Notes under the pieces: generated by a model | What the model was told of the DNA's origin: nothing | The model's database searches: none | The model's input: only the letters and a program-made list of their open reading frames with translations | Shown: positions 31,767-43,718 of the stretch, piece by piece | Layout: each line of letters begins with the position of its first letter | Numbering within the stretch: position 1 is the stretch's first letter | Program-made: the position numbers and the translations under genes | DNA from: Bryobacterales bacterium | GTDB lineage: Bacteria > Acidobacteriota > Terriglobia > Bryobacterales > UBA6623 | DNA: 64,000 nucleotides | Assembly (NCBI GenBank): GCA_963422375.2 | Contig: OY729428.2 | Span: 3,592,390-3,656,389, forward strand | Reading direction: 5' to 3'

Positions 31767-31851
31767 CCCGCGCTCGACACCGACCTCCCTGCTCACAGCA
31801 GTTCTAGTCGGACATGGCGTCGTCGGCACTCAGATATATAATTCCCCTATA

Positions 31852-32110
31852 TAGTGCCCGTGAAAAAACTCGTATCCCCTTGACAACAAAGGCGTTAGGT
31901 CCAATCTCTCAAGGCGAAGATTTCACTGGAATGCTACGACTGGTTCGAAATCCTGCCAATTCTGGGTAGAGCGCGGAAATCTTCGCGATTGGCGGCTGAG
32001 CAACTTCCGACCTTGGACCCTATATGTTGTGTTTGGAGATCCATCCGACATCAGGATGTAGTATGAAATGCTGATCAGGCCAGAATTCAGGGGTTTTGTC
32101 ACAAGCACTA
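31852..32110. mobile_element. 259-bp MITE, copy 2 (inverted relative to copy 1)
   Basis: tagtgcccgtgaaaaaac ... gttttgtcacaagcacta with a TA duplication. Reverse complement of 9266-9524 with a few substitutions. Confidence 0.85.
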
Positions 32111-32877
32111 TATAACTGGTCCGAGCCGAACAGCGTTGGCGAGGCGTATGGCCTGCACCGGAAGGAGACGCAGGGATTCGGCACGCAGCGCCTGCTGGCC
32201 CGGAGGATCGCGGAGCGCGGTGTTCGCTTCATCGAGCTGGGCCATCGGGGATGGGACCACCAAAACGACCTTCGCAAGAGGCTGACGCAGAAGGCCCGGG
32301 AACCGGCCGGCCGCCGCCCTGATCGGCGACTTCAAGCAGCGCGGCAGGCCGGACGAGGCGCTGATCGAGTGAGGCGGGGACTTCGGGCGCTCGACTCTCG
32401 AGCAGTACAACAAGGCCGACGGCAGACACCACAACCGCGGCTCCACCGAGTGGATGGCCGGAGGCGGCGTCAAGGGCGGCATGCGCTACAGGCGCAGCAA
32501 CGTCAAAGGCGTGGCCGTCGAGGGCCGCGTGCATTTGCATGACCTGCACGCAACGATGCTGCACCTGCTGGACTTGCACCAAACGCGTCTGACCTACCGA
32601 TACGCGGGGCGTGACCTCCGGCTCACCGACGTCCACGGTCGGGTGTCAAGGAGATCCTAGCGTGACTGGCGGTAGACGGTTCGCCGATTCCCCCTCGGCC
32701 AGCGATCGCCCTTGGCGCCGGAGGGGTTACGGGTTCGTGTGGCTGATTGTCGCTGTCGCCATGGAAGTGCTAGACTTGATCTCGAGGCGCGGAATGGCGT
32801 GGCGCTTGCAGAGCATGACGGACCGGCGTCTAGCGCAACCCTGCCGAGCGGTTGGCGGGCTGCGTGGAGGACAGAAC

Positions 32878-33276
32878 GTGCCGAAGTGGATTGCGCATAT
32901 CGCCTTGGTCCTGATGGTGCCGTTCCAGTCGGTGGCCCAAGAGAAGACTGTCTTTCACGTGGACGTCACGGAAACCGCGCCGGAGCTGGAATCCCGGTGC
33001 ATTCCAATTGACGAAGTTGAAGAGACCACCCAAGGCCATTTGCACCTTACGATTGGCGGAAACTGGTACTTTCCAAAACGGGTTGCAGCCAATGATCGGT
33101 ATGCGACGATTGAGTGGGACAAACGCGATAGCCCGATGGTGATGAATCCGGACGGCTCGGTATCGAAGCTCGATCTTCGATACGGGAAAATGTATCGAGT
33201 AGACATCAAGGCCAAATGCATCGGTTCGGCTTACGTGGGCAAGACTATCGAGGTCCCGACTGGGCCCAGCGAATAA
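32878..33276 (+). CDS. Small secreted hypothetical protein (lower GC)
   Basis: ggagg RBS before the GTG, signal peptide ending SVA-Q, two Cys; 132 aa. Confidence 0.55.
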   Translation: MPKWIAHIALVLMVPFQSVAQEKTVFHVDVTETAPELESRCIPIDEVEETTQGHLHLTIGGNWYFPKRVAANDRYATIEWDKRDSPMVMNPDGSVSKLDLRYGKMYRVDIKAKCIGSAYVGKTIEVPTGPSE

Positions 33277-33868
33277 TTGACCCGACCGTGCGCCTTTCGG
33301 GGGTCCGGCTTTCGCAAGTTCGGCCTCCACTGGACTTGCTAGGCATCCCGCCCACGGATGGATGTCACGGAAGGGGACATTGGTGCGCGCGGGTTGCTAG
33401 AGAGAAGCTACGCTCTCCGAAGGCCCCTCCACGCGAGATCGACAGATGATCGGCTTCCGGTCCGCTAACAGGACTCGCCCGGCGGGGATTGCAGTACCGC
33501 CCCGTGCTTCCCCACACCAAGGCGGTCGATCCCTACACGCGGGCGGCTCGCGGCGACGTCCGGCCGCGGAGCGGACCAGCGCCCGGGGGGCCCCTAGGGC
33601 TGCGCACCGCGGCGGCGTCGGTCCGAGGCTCAGTCTCGCTGGCTATTCCTAGTCTCGATGCTCGGCGCGCACCGGCCACCGGCATCGCTTGACCTGCCGC
33701 CTCGGGACGGTCGGCGCATGACTCGCGGAAAAGCAGGGAGCGGTTAGCCCCTTGCCCCGGGGGCCTCCGCGCGCCATCGATTGGCCCGTCGCGTAGGTGC
33801 GCGCAACGCGCCGCGACCGGCAGCGATCCGATAGGCTATTAGGTGCGAAAGTGCGAGTCGAGAGAGCG

Positions 33869-36676
<2,808 letters not shown>

Positions 36677-36722
36677 CGGGGCACCGTCCGGGGAAGCCGC
36701 CGCAGGAGCCGAGGGGCGAGAG

Positions 36723-38180
36723 ATGGACTACCGGAAGATGATCGAACACATGAACGCAGTCCGTCCCGCGACCCGCCGGGGCATGCTCCGCGACGCGGCC
36801 TGCGGATTCGGCATGCTGGCCCTGGGCGACCTTCTCAGCGGGGGCCGGGCGCGGGCCGGAGACGTGGCATTCGATCCCGCCGACCCGCTCGCGACGCGGG
36901 CGCCGCACTACGAGCCGCGCGCCAAGAGGGTCATCTTCCTATTCATGCACGGAGGCCCGTCCTCGGTCGACACGTTCGAGTACAAGCCGTACCTGTCCGC
37001 GAACCACGGCAAGCCGCTGCCGATCCAACGGCCCCTGGCGTTCGACGACGAGGAGCCCGGACCGCTCATGAAGCCGCTGTGGGACTTCCGGCCCGGCGGC
37101 GAGAGCGGCATCCCGGTGAGCGACCTGTTCCCGCACGTGCGCGAGCGGGTCGACGACCTTTGCTTCGTGCATTCGATGGTCGGGGAGGGCGTCGACCACG
37201 GCGCCGCGCTGCTGCAGACCTTCACCGGCTCCAGCACGTTCACGCGCCCCAGTCTCGGGTCTTGGGTCGTCTACGGCCTCGGCACCGAGAACAAGAACCT
37301 ACCGGGCTACGTGACGATCAAGCCGGCGCTGTCGCACGGGGGCGCCAAGAACTGGTCGTCGGCGTTCCTGCCGGGATCCTTCCAGGGGACGCCGATCGGC
37401 CACGCCGGGCTCAAGGTGTCCGACGTGCAGGGCGAGCCGATCGAATACCTGACCAACAAGGGCCTGTCTCCGGAGCAGCAGCAGTACGAGCTCGAAATGC
37501 TGCGCAACGTGAACCGGCGGCACGCGGAGATGCGCAAGCACGACCCGCGCCTCGAGGCGCGCATCCAGTCGTTCGAGCTGGCATTCCGCATGCAGGTGCA
37601 GGCGCCAGAGGCGTTCGAGGTCGAGAAGGAATCGGAAGCGACCCGCAAGCTGTACGGCCTCGACGACGACAAGACCGCCGACTTCGGCTGGCAGTGCCTG
37701 CTGGCGCGGCGCCTCAGCGAACGCGACGTGCGCTTCGTGCAATGCACGCACTCCTACAAATGGGACCAGCATACCGACCTCTTCAACCGCCACAACTCCA
37801 ACGCGGCCGAGGTGGACAAGCCGATCGCCGGCCTGCTCAAGGACCTGAAGTCCCGCGGGATGCTGGACGAGACCCTGGTCATCTGGGCGGGCGAGTTCGG
37901 CCGCACGCCCGTCAGCCAAGGCGGCGACGGAAGGGACCACAACCCCTACGGCTACACGATCTGGATGGCCGGCGCGGGCGTGAAGAAAGGCTTCCGCTAC
38001 GGCGCGACGGACGAGATCGGCTACCACGCGGCGGTCAATCGCATGCACATCCACGACTTCCACGCCACCGTGCTGCACCTGCTCGGGCTGGACCACGAGA
38101 AGCTGACCTACCGCTTCTCCGGACGCGACTTCCGCCTGACGGACGTAGCCGGGGTCGTTCACGAGGACATCCTCGCGTAG
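36723..38180 (+). CDS. DUF1501 protein, intact
   Basis: TRRGML Tat-like signal, AKRVIFLFMHGGPS, GEFGRTP, GRDHNP and RLTDVAG. Confidence 0.92.
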   Translation: MDYRKMIEHMNAVRPATRRGMLRDAACGFGMLALGDLLSGGRARAGDVAFDPADPLATRAPHYEPRAKRVIFLFMHGGPSSVDTFEYKPYLSANHGKPLPIQRPLAFDDEEPGPLMKPLWDFRPGGESGIPVSDLFPHVRERVDDLCFVHSMVGEGVDHGAALLQTFTGSSTFTRPSLGSWVVYGLGTENKNLPGYVTIKPALSHGGAKNWSSAFLPGSFQGTPIGHAGLKVSDVQGEPIEYLTNKGLSPEQQQYELEMLRNVNRRHAEMRKHDPRLEARIQSFELAFRMQVQAPEAFEVEKESEATRKLYGLDDDKTADFGWQCLLARRLSERDVRFVQCTHSYKWDQHTDLFNRHNSNAAEVDKPIAGLLKDLKSRGMLDETLVIWAGEFGRTPVSQGGDGRDHNPYGYTIWMAGAGVKKGFRYGATDEIGYHAAVNRMHIHDFHATVLHLLGLDHEKLTYRFSGRDFRLTDVAGVVHEDILA

Positions 38181-38228
38181 GAGCGAGGGGAAACGAGCCG
38201 AGAGCGCCGGCAGGAAGGGGTGGGACGG

Positions 38229-39596
38229 ATGGAACGCACGGACTCGCTGCCCGAGTCGGGCGCGGCGCCAATCCCCCTCCCTGCCCCGCTCGACGCGCCG
38301 CAGGAGAGCGACCTCCGCAAGTGCGTGCATTGCGGACTGTGCCTGAACGCCTGCCCCACCTACAGGGAACTCGGAGTGGAAATGGACTCGCCGCGGGGGC
38401 GGATCTACCAGATGGTGGAAGTTTCCGAGGGCCGCATGGAGATCGGCGAGGACTACACCGAGCACATCGAGCTGTGCCTCGCCTGCCGCGCCTGCGAGAC
38501 GGCCTGCCCGTCCGGCGTACAGTACGGCCGGCTGGTCGAAGGGGCCCTCGCCCAGATCCAGCGCACGGTCCGCCGACCGCTCCCCGAGCGCTTCGTGCGC
38601 TGGCTCGCATACGACCGCCTACTGCGCAGCCCGCTGCTGCTGAAGGCAGCCGGGCTCGGTCTGCTGTTCTACCAGCGAAGCGGCTTGGAGACCATGATGC
38701 GGGAGAGCGGGTTGCTAGACCGCCTCGGGCGGCTGGGGGAGATCGCGCGGCTCGCCCCGGCAGCGCAGGCGCCGTTCTTCTTCTCGAGCATCGGCAGGGT
38801 GTACCCGGCCGAGGGCGAGACGCGCTACCGCGTGGCCCTGCTGGCGGGCTGCATGCAGAACGTGTTCTTCAGCCGGCTGAACGAAGCGACCGTGCGCGTG
38901 CTCCGCAAGAACGGCTGCGAGGTCACGATTCCGAGGGAGCAGGCCTGCTGCGGCGCGCTGCACGTGCATGCCGGGCTGCGCGAGCTCGGCCGGGAGCAGG
39001 CCAGGAAGAACATCGCGGCGCTCGAGTCCGGCGCATACGACGCGGTCATCACCAACACCGCGGGCTGCGGATCCGTGCTCAAGGAATACCCCGAGCTATT
39101 CGAGCACGACGAGGCGTGGCATGCGCGGGCCCGGCGATTCGCGAGCCGGATGCGGGACGTGAGCGAGTTTCTAGCCTCCGTAGAGCTCAACACGGACTTC
39201 GGCAGGGTTGAGCGCACGGTGACTTATCAAGACTCCTGCCACCTGCTGCACGGCCAGAAGATCCGGCAGCCGCCGCGAGAGATCATCCAAGCAATTCCCG
39301 GCGTCACCTTGCGCGAGCTGCCGTTCAGCGAGATCTGCTGCGGGTCGGCCGGCGTCTACAACATCGAGCACACGGACATCTCGATGTCCCTGCTCGAGGA
39401 CAAGATGAGGATGGTGGACCAGACGGAGGCGGACACCATCGTCACGGCGAATCCCGGATGCATGCTGCAGCTAAAGGCCGGCGCGCGGGAATTCCTGCGA
39501 CCGATGCCAGTGCTGCACGTTGTCGAACTCCTCGACGAGGCCTACGCTGCGGCCGAGCACGCGAGCTCGGCCCGCGGCGAGCCCGCCGCTGACTGA
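38229..39596 (+). CDS. glcF: Glycolate oxidase Fe-S subunit-like (GlcF; 4Fe-4S dicluster plus CCG domains)
   Basis: CVHCGLCLNACPTY, SPRGRI, CLACRACETACPSGV, CCGAL, DSCHL and CCGSAG motifs. Confidence 0.85.
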   Translation: MERTDSLPESGAAPIPLPAPLDAPQESDLRKCVHCGLCLNACPTYRELGVEMDSPRGRIYQMVEVSEGRMEIGEDYTEHIELCLACRACETACPSGVQYGRLVEGALAQIQRTVRRPLPERFVRWLAYDRLLRSPLLLKAAGLGLLFYQRSGLETMMRESGLLDRLGRLGEIARLAPAAQAPFFFSSIGRVYPAEGETRYRVALLAGCMQNVFFSRLNEATVRVLRKNGCEVTIPREQACCGALHVHAGLRELGREQARKNIAALESGAYDAVITNTAGCGSVLKEYPELFEHDEAWHARARRFASRMRDVSEFLASVELNTDFGRVERTVTYQDSCHLLHGQKIRQPPREIIQAIPGVTLRELPFSEICCGSAGVYNIEHTDISMSLLEDKMRMVDQTEADTIVTANPGCMLQLKAGAREFLRPMPVLHVVELLDEAYAAAEHASSARGEPAAD

Positions 39597-39714
39597 GCGC
39601 ACGTCGCGACTGGCGGCCGAATCCACCGGTATCCAAGGCCGGCCCGCCCACGGGAAGGCGGGCGCGACGGCGAGCGAATCCGCTGGCGGCCGAGCGACGC
39701 ACGCGTCCCGGCAA

Positions 39715-40560
39715 CTACGATGCCTGCCCGTCCAAGACGCCGCGCATGTAGGAGAAGGACTTGGCCATGCCGAGTTGCGGGTGGTCCGCCACGACCTCGT
39801 ACTCCAAGCCGACCACGCCCTGGTACTTGCGCTCCTTGAGCATCTTGAAGATCGCCGCGACGGGCATCCGGCCGTCGCCGACATCGACGCGGCTATCCTT
39901 GTTGCCGAAGTCCGTCAGGTCCTTGACGTGGAAGTCGTAGACGCGATCCCACGCGAGGTCGATCTCTTCGAGAATGTCCGCGCCCGTGCGCACCGTGTGG
40001 CCGACGTCGACGCACAAGCCCATGCGGGGATCCATGTCCTTGACCCGCCGGATCACGTCGCTGGGGGCCGGATAGAAGCGGTCCTCCGGGCCGTGGTTGT
40101 GAATCGCCATCTTGCGGTCGTACTTGATCGCGAGCTTCTCGATCTGGCTCAGATTGGAATGCGTGGGCGCGCATACCATGATCGGCATGCCGGCGGCGAC
40201 AGCGTACTTGAAGTAGGGCTCGAGTTCCGCGCTGTCGTCGCTCTTCAGGGAGATGTTGCCTCCGGCGACGATCTGGAGGCCGGCCTTCTCGAACTCGGCG
40301 CGGGCCCGCTTGAGATCCTGCTCCGAGAGGTAGTACGGCATGTGAAACGACTTCACGTTGACGTACTTGACCCCGAGGTCCTTGACGATGCCGATGGCCG
40401 CCGCGCGGCTGAACTTGCGCAGCGAGTACGTCGCCACCGCCAGCCTGAGGTCGCCCCAGTTATGGGGATCGGCCCGGCTGGCCGGATTAGTCGCCGCCGC
40501 GGCCGCGACGGGCAGCGTGGCGGCTGCTCCCAGGAACGAACGTCTGGTCGGTGAACTCAT
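39715..40560 (-). CDS. Tat-exported sugar phosphate isomerase/epimerase (xylose-isomerase-like TIM barrel)
   Basis: TRRSFL signal, IHNHGP, DVGH, HVKD and LEYE motifs. Confidence 0.85.
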   Translation of the reverse strand: MSSPTRRSFLGAAATLPVAAAAATNPASRADPHNWGDLRLAVATYSLRKFSRAAAIGIVKDLGVKYVNVKSFHMPYYLSEQDLKRARAEFEKAGLQIVAGGNISLKSDDSAELEPYFKYAVAAGMPIMVCAPTHSNLSQIEKLAIKYDRKMAIHNHGPEDRFYPAPSDVIRRVKDMDPRMGLCVDVGHTVRTGADILEEIDLAWDRVYDFHVKDLTDFGNKDSRVDVGDGRMPVAAIFKMLKERKYQGVVGLEYEVVADHPQLGMAKSFSYMRGVLDGQAS

Positions 40561-40570
40561 GGACTCTCGC

Positions 40571-40602
40571 CTCCTTGTCCGTCCCTAGGGACGGACAAGG
40601 AG
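40571..40602. promoter_or_regulatory. Perfect 32-bp palindrome covering the SD of the gene starting at 40560
   Basis: ctccttgtccgtccct|agggacggacaaggag. Confidence 0.6.
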
Positions 40603-40710
40603 AGTCTAGCAGGCGCGGCAGGGCTAGCGCCGGCGGAGCCCCGGCCCGTCACGCGGGGCCGGCGGCACCCGACCGGCAGCCGGCAGCGGGCCGGGCCGTA
40701 CAATGGAAGC

Positions 40711-41196
40711 ATGCAGGGCAACGAGGCCGTCATCAGCCATCTCAACCGCGCCTTGAAGGGCGAGTTCACCGCTATCCACCAGTACATCGTGCATGCCGAG
40801 ATGTGCGACAACTGGGGCTATTCCAAGCTCGGGGCGTTCATCAAGCAGCAGGCCATCGGAGAGATGCGCCACGCCGAGATGTTCATCGAACGCATCCTGT
40901 TCCTGGAGGGCGTCCCCGGCATGGGCGAGCTGCTGCCGCTGAGCGTCGGCCAGAACGTCAAGGAGCAGCTGGAGAACGACCTGCAGCTCGAGTACGACGC
41001 CGTGAGGCTACTGAACGAGGGGGTCCGGGAGGCCGTCGCGGCCGGCGACAACGCCTCGCGCGAGCTGTTCGAAGGCGTCCTCAAGGACGAGGAGGAGCAT
41101 GTCGACTGGCTGGAGGCGCAGCTTCAGATGATCGGCGACATGGGCCTGGGCATCTACCTGTCGCAGCAGCTGGGCGATCCCGCCGCGGCGGGCTAG
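40711..41196 (+). CDS. bfr: Bacterioferritin
   Basis: MQGNEAVISHLN...EFTAIHQY, EMRHAE, ERILFLEG and DEEEHVDWLE ferroxidase/heme motifs. Confidence 0.95.
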   Translation: MQGNEAVISHLNRALKGEFTAIHQYIVHAEMCDNWGYSKLGAFIKQQAIGEMRHAEMFIERILFLEGVPGMGELLPLSVGQNVKEQLENDLQLEYDAVRLLNEGVREAVAAGDNASRELFEGVLKDEEEHVDWLEAQLQMIGDMGLGIYLSQQLGDPAAAG

Positions 41197-41594
41197 TCGA
41201 CCACGACTTCCAGCAGCTGGCCGAGGAGCGGATAGTACTGCACTCGCACCTTGGCGCCAGCCTGCAGTTCCTCGAGCTGGATGCGCGACATCCCTAGCCG
41301 CCGGGCCGCCTTCTTGCCCAGCTTGATCTGCTCGCGTCCGGGCGGCTGCGAGAACGCCAGTTCCATCGGCTGGGCCTTGCCGAGGGCCAGCATGACGGTG
41401 CGCTTGTCCGCGTCGACGCGCGAGACCGTGCCCTTCGCCTTGACGACCTTGAGCACCTTCTCGGGCCGGGTGCCCTCGAGCGCGCCGGAAGCGTTGTCGT
41501 TGACGCCCGGACGCGTGCTGGAGCTGACAGTCCTCTGCTGCGGGACCGCGAGGGTCGCGGCTGCCGCCAGAACAAGGATCAGACGCAGGGCCAT
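41193..41594 (-). CDS. Secreted hypothetical protein (OB-fold-like)
   Basis: Signal peptide, KGTVSRVD...LEELQAGAKVRVQY. Confidence 0.6.
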   Translation of the reverse strand: MALRLILVLAAAATLAVPQQRTVSSSTRPGVNDNASGALEGTRPEKVLKVVKAKGTVSRVDADKRTVMLALGKAQPMELAFSQPPGREQIKLGKKAARRLGMSRIQLEELQAGAKVRVQYYPLLGQLLEVVVD

Positions 41595-41648
41595 GAGCTC
41601 CCTCCCATTGTAGTCGCGACCTCCGGCGCGCCGCAGCGGCAGCGCGCC

Positions 41649-42170
41649 CTAGAGTACCGAGCGCAGGTAATTCGCGATCTCGGGACGGCTCCAGTCCTCG
41701 GGTCCGACGTACTTGCGCAAAACCCGTCCGTCGCGCGAGATCAGGTACGACTCCGGGTACTTGACCGTGCCGTAGCGCGTGCTCACCTCCCGCTCGGGGT
41801 CGCGCGCCGTCGGGAACGTCACCCCGGCATCGCGCAGGAAGCCCGCGTACTCCCCGACATCCTCGTCGACGCTGATGCCGAGCACGACGAAGCCGTCCTC
41901 CCGGAACCTCTCGTAGGTGCCGTTCAAGGAGGGCATCTCCTGGACGCACGGGGGGCACCAGGTGGCCCAGAAGTTCAGGAGCACGACCTTGCCGGCGTAG
42001 TCCCGCAAGCTGACGCCGCGCCCCTGGTCGTCGGCGAGCTCGAAGCGCGGGGCGCGGTCGCCGACCTGCACGTCGTAGACCCGCAGGTAGCCCTGCACCC
42101 GGTACACCATAACCGCCGCCAGGAGCAGCGCGAGTCCGTACACCACGGATTCCCTGCCGACACGTGCCAT
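41649..42170 (-). CDS. TlpA/ResA-family thiol-disulfide oxidoreductase
   Basis: N-terminal TM segment, LNFWATWCPPCVQEMP and YPESYLI. Confidence 0.92.
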   Translation of the reverse strand: MARVGRESVVYGLALLLAAVMVYRVQGYLRVYDVQVGDRAPRFELADDQGRGVSLRDYAGKVVLLNFWATWCPPCVQEMPSLNGTYERFREDGFVVLGISVDEDVGEYAGFLRDAGVTFPTARDPEREVSTRYGTVKYPESYLISRDGRVLRKYVGPEDWSRPEIANYLRSVL

Positions 42171-42233
42171 AATCAGAATCTACACTGTTTCTCCCTTCCC
42201 GTCGCACGCGAGGTGCGACAAGCCCCCGACTGG

Positions 42234-42641
42234 ATGCTCATAACGCGCAAGGCCGAGTTCTCGGCATCGCACGTGTGCGCGGATCCGCGACTCTCCCCCG
42301 ATGAGAACGAGCGTCTCTACGGCAAGGAAAGCCGTCCCCACGGGCACGGCCATAACTACGTCCTCGAGGTCACCCTGCGAGGCGAGGTCGATCCGGTCCA
42401 CGGCATGATCCTGGACCTGAAGGCGCTCAAGGAGATCATCCGCGAGCACGTGCTGGACGTGTACGACCACCGCTTCCTCAACCGCGAGGTCCCTCCCTTC
42501 GACACGGTCGTTCCGACGGCGGAGAACGTCGCGCGCGACATCTGGCGTCGCCTCGCCGCGCCGGTCGAGGCGACAGGAAGCGCACTTCATTCGGTGCGGC
42601 TGCACGAGAGCGACGAGCTCTTCGTGGACTACAGCGGCTAG
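42234..42641 (+). CDS. 6-pyruvoyl-tetrahydropterin synthase family paralog 1 (Glu in the place of the catalytic Cys)
   Basis: FSASH, YGKESRPHGHGHNY, GMILDL, DHRFLN and PTAEN motifs. Confidence 0.88.
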   Translation: MLITRKAEFSASHVCADPRLSPDENERLYGKESRPHGHGHNYVLEVTLRGEVDPVHGMILDLKALKEIIREHVLDVYDHRFLNREVPPFDTVVPTAENVARDIWRRLAAPVEATGSALHSVRLHESDELFVDYSG

Positions 42642-42649
42642 GATTCCCA

Positions 42650-43066
42650 GTGACCACCCTGACCCGGCGCTACCGGTTCTCCGCTTCGCACCGCCTGTGC
42701 TCCGACATGCTGAGCGAGGAGCGCAACCGCGAGATCTTCGGCAAGTGCGCCAACCCTTTTGGCCACGGGCACGACTACTTCCTCGAAGTGAGCGTGGCCG
42801 GGGAGCCGGACCAGCTTACCGGGCTGACCTTGGAGCGTCCCGCATTCGACCGCTGGGTCGAGGAATCGGTCCTGGGTCGCGTCGACCACGTCCACCTGAA
42901 CGCAGAAGTGCCTGAATTCCGCGATCTGGTGCCGACTTCCGAGAACCTGCTCGCGGTGATCGACGCCTGGCTGCGCGCGGGATGGGCGAGGCGCTTCCCG
43001 GGGCGGGAAGCGCCTCTCGCGGGGCTCCGGCTCGAAGAGACGCCGCGCAACAGCTTTCGCCTCTGA
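42650..43066 (+). CDS. 6-pyruvoyl-tetrahydropterin synthase family paralog 2 (C-x5-HGH)
   Basis: [27 protein letters not shown] and EETPRN motifs. Confidence 0.88.
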   Translation: MTTLTRRYRFSASHRLCSDMLSEERNREIFGKCANPFGHGHDYFLEVSVAGEPDQLTGLTLERPAFDRWVEESVLGRVDHVHLNAEVPEFRDLVPTSENLLAVIDAWLRAGWARRFPGREAPLAGLRLEETPRNSFRL

Positions 43067-43088
43067 GCCCCGGAAACGGCAACCCGCC

Positions 43089-43718
43089 ATGCACTCCCCC
43101 CATGAACCCGCATTGCTCGAGGAACTCGAGGCCAGCCTGGAGATCGACGGGCCGCAGGACCCGCTCCAGCCGCTGGTGCGCGAACTGGTCACCCGCCTGG
43201 GCGAGAACCCGTCCCGCGACGGGCTGAAGAGCACGCCTTACCGGGTAGCCAAGGCCCTCCGGGAGCTGACCCGCGGCTACCGGCAGGATCCGGAGGAGGT
43301 CCTGCGCTCGGCGCTGTTCGAGGTGACCTACGACGAGATGGTGATCGTCAAGGACATCGAGGTCTTCTCGCTGTGCGAGCACCACATGCTGCCGTTCTTC
43401 GGCAAGCTGCATGTCGCCTACATCCCGCGCAAGAAGGTGATCGGCCTCAGCAAGACCGCCCGCCTTGTGGACATCTTCGCCCGCAGGCTGCAGATCCAGG
43501 AGAGGCTCACGCAGCAGGTCGCCGAGACGATCCAGCGGGCGATCGACCCGGCGGGCGTGGGCGTGATCTGCGAGGCACAGCACCTATGTATGATGATGAG
43601 GGGCGTGGAGAAGCAGCACTCGTCCACCATCACCAGCTCGATGCTGGGCGACTTCCGGAACAACCCGCAGACTCGGGAGGAATTCCTGACGCTCGTGACG
43701 TCTGGGACCCGCGGGTAG
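43089..43718 (+). CDS. folE: GTP cyclohydrolase I
   Basis: [33 protein letters not shown] and TREEFL motifs. Confidence 0.96.
   Translation: MHSPHEPALLEELEASLEIDGPQDPLQPLVRELVTRLGENPSRDGLKSTPYRVAKALRELTRGYRQDPEEVLRSALFEVTYDEMVIVKDIEVFSLCEHHMLPFFGKLHVAYIPRKKVIGLSKTARLVDIFARRLQIQERLTQQVAETIQRAIDPAGVGVICEAQHLCMMMRGVEKQHSSTITSSMLGDFRNNPQTREEFLTLVTSGTRG

Larger units (their letters stand above)
30270..31846 (+). mobile_element. IS1595-family element A, copy 2
   Basis: Perfect 24-bp TIRs gggaattatatatctgagtgccga / tcggcactcagatatataattccc. 8-bp TSD ctatataa at 30262-30269; the right copy is reconstituted after removing the MITE. Confidence 0.92.
29470..32660 (+). pseudogene. Second DUF1501 gene, heavily degraded and split by IS1595-A plus a MITE
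   Basis: Fragments KAKRMIALFMQG, RPSIGRCVVYGLGEENRDLP, ARRIAERGVRFIEL and LHATMLHLL...RLTDVHG. Confidence 0.8.
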
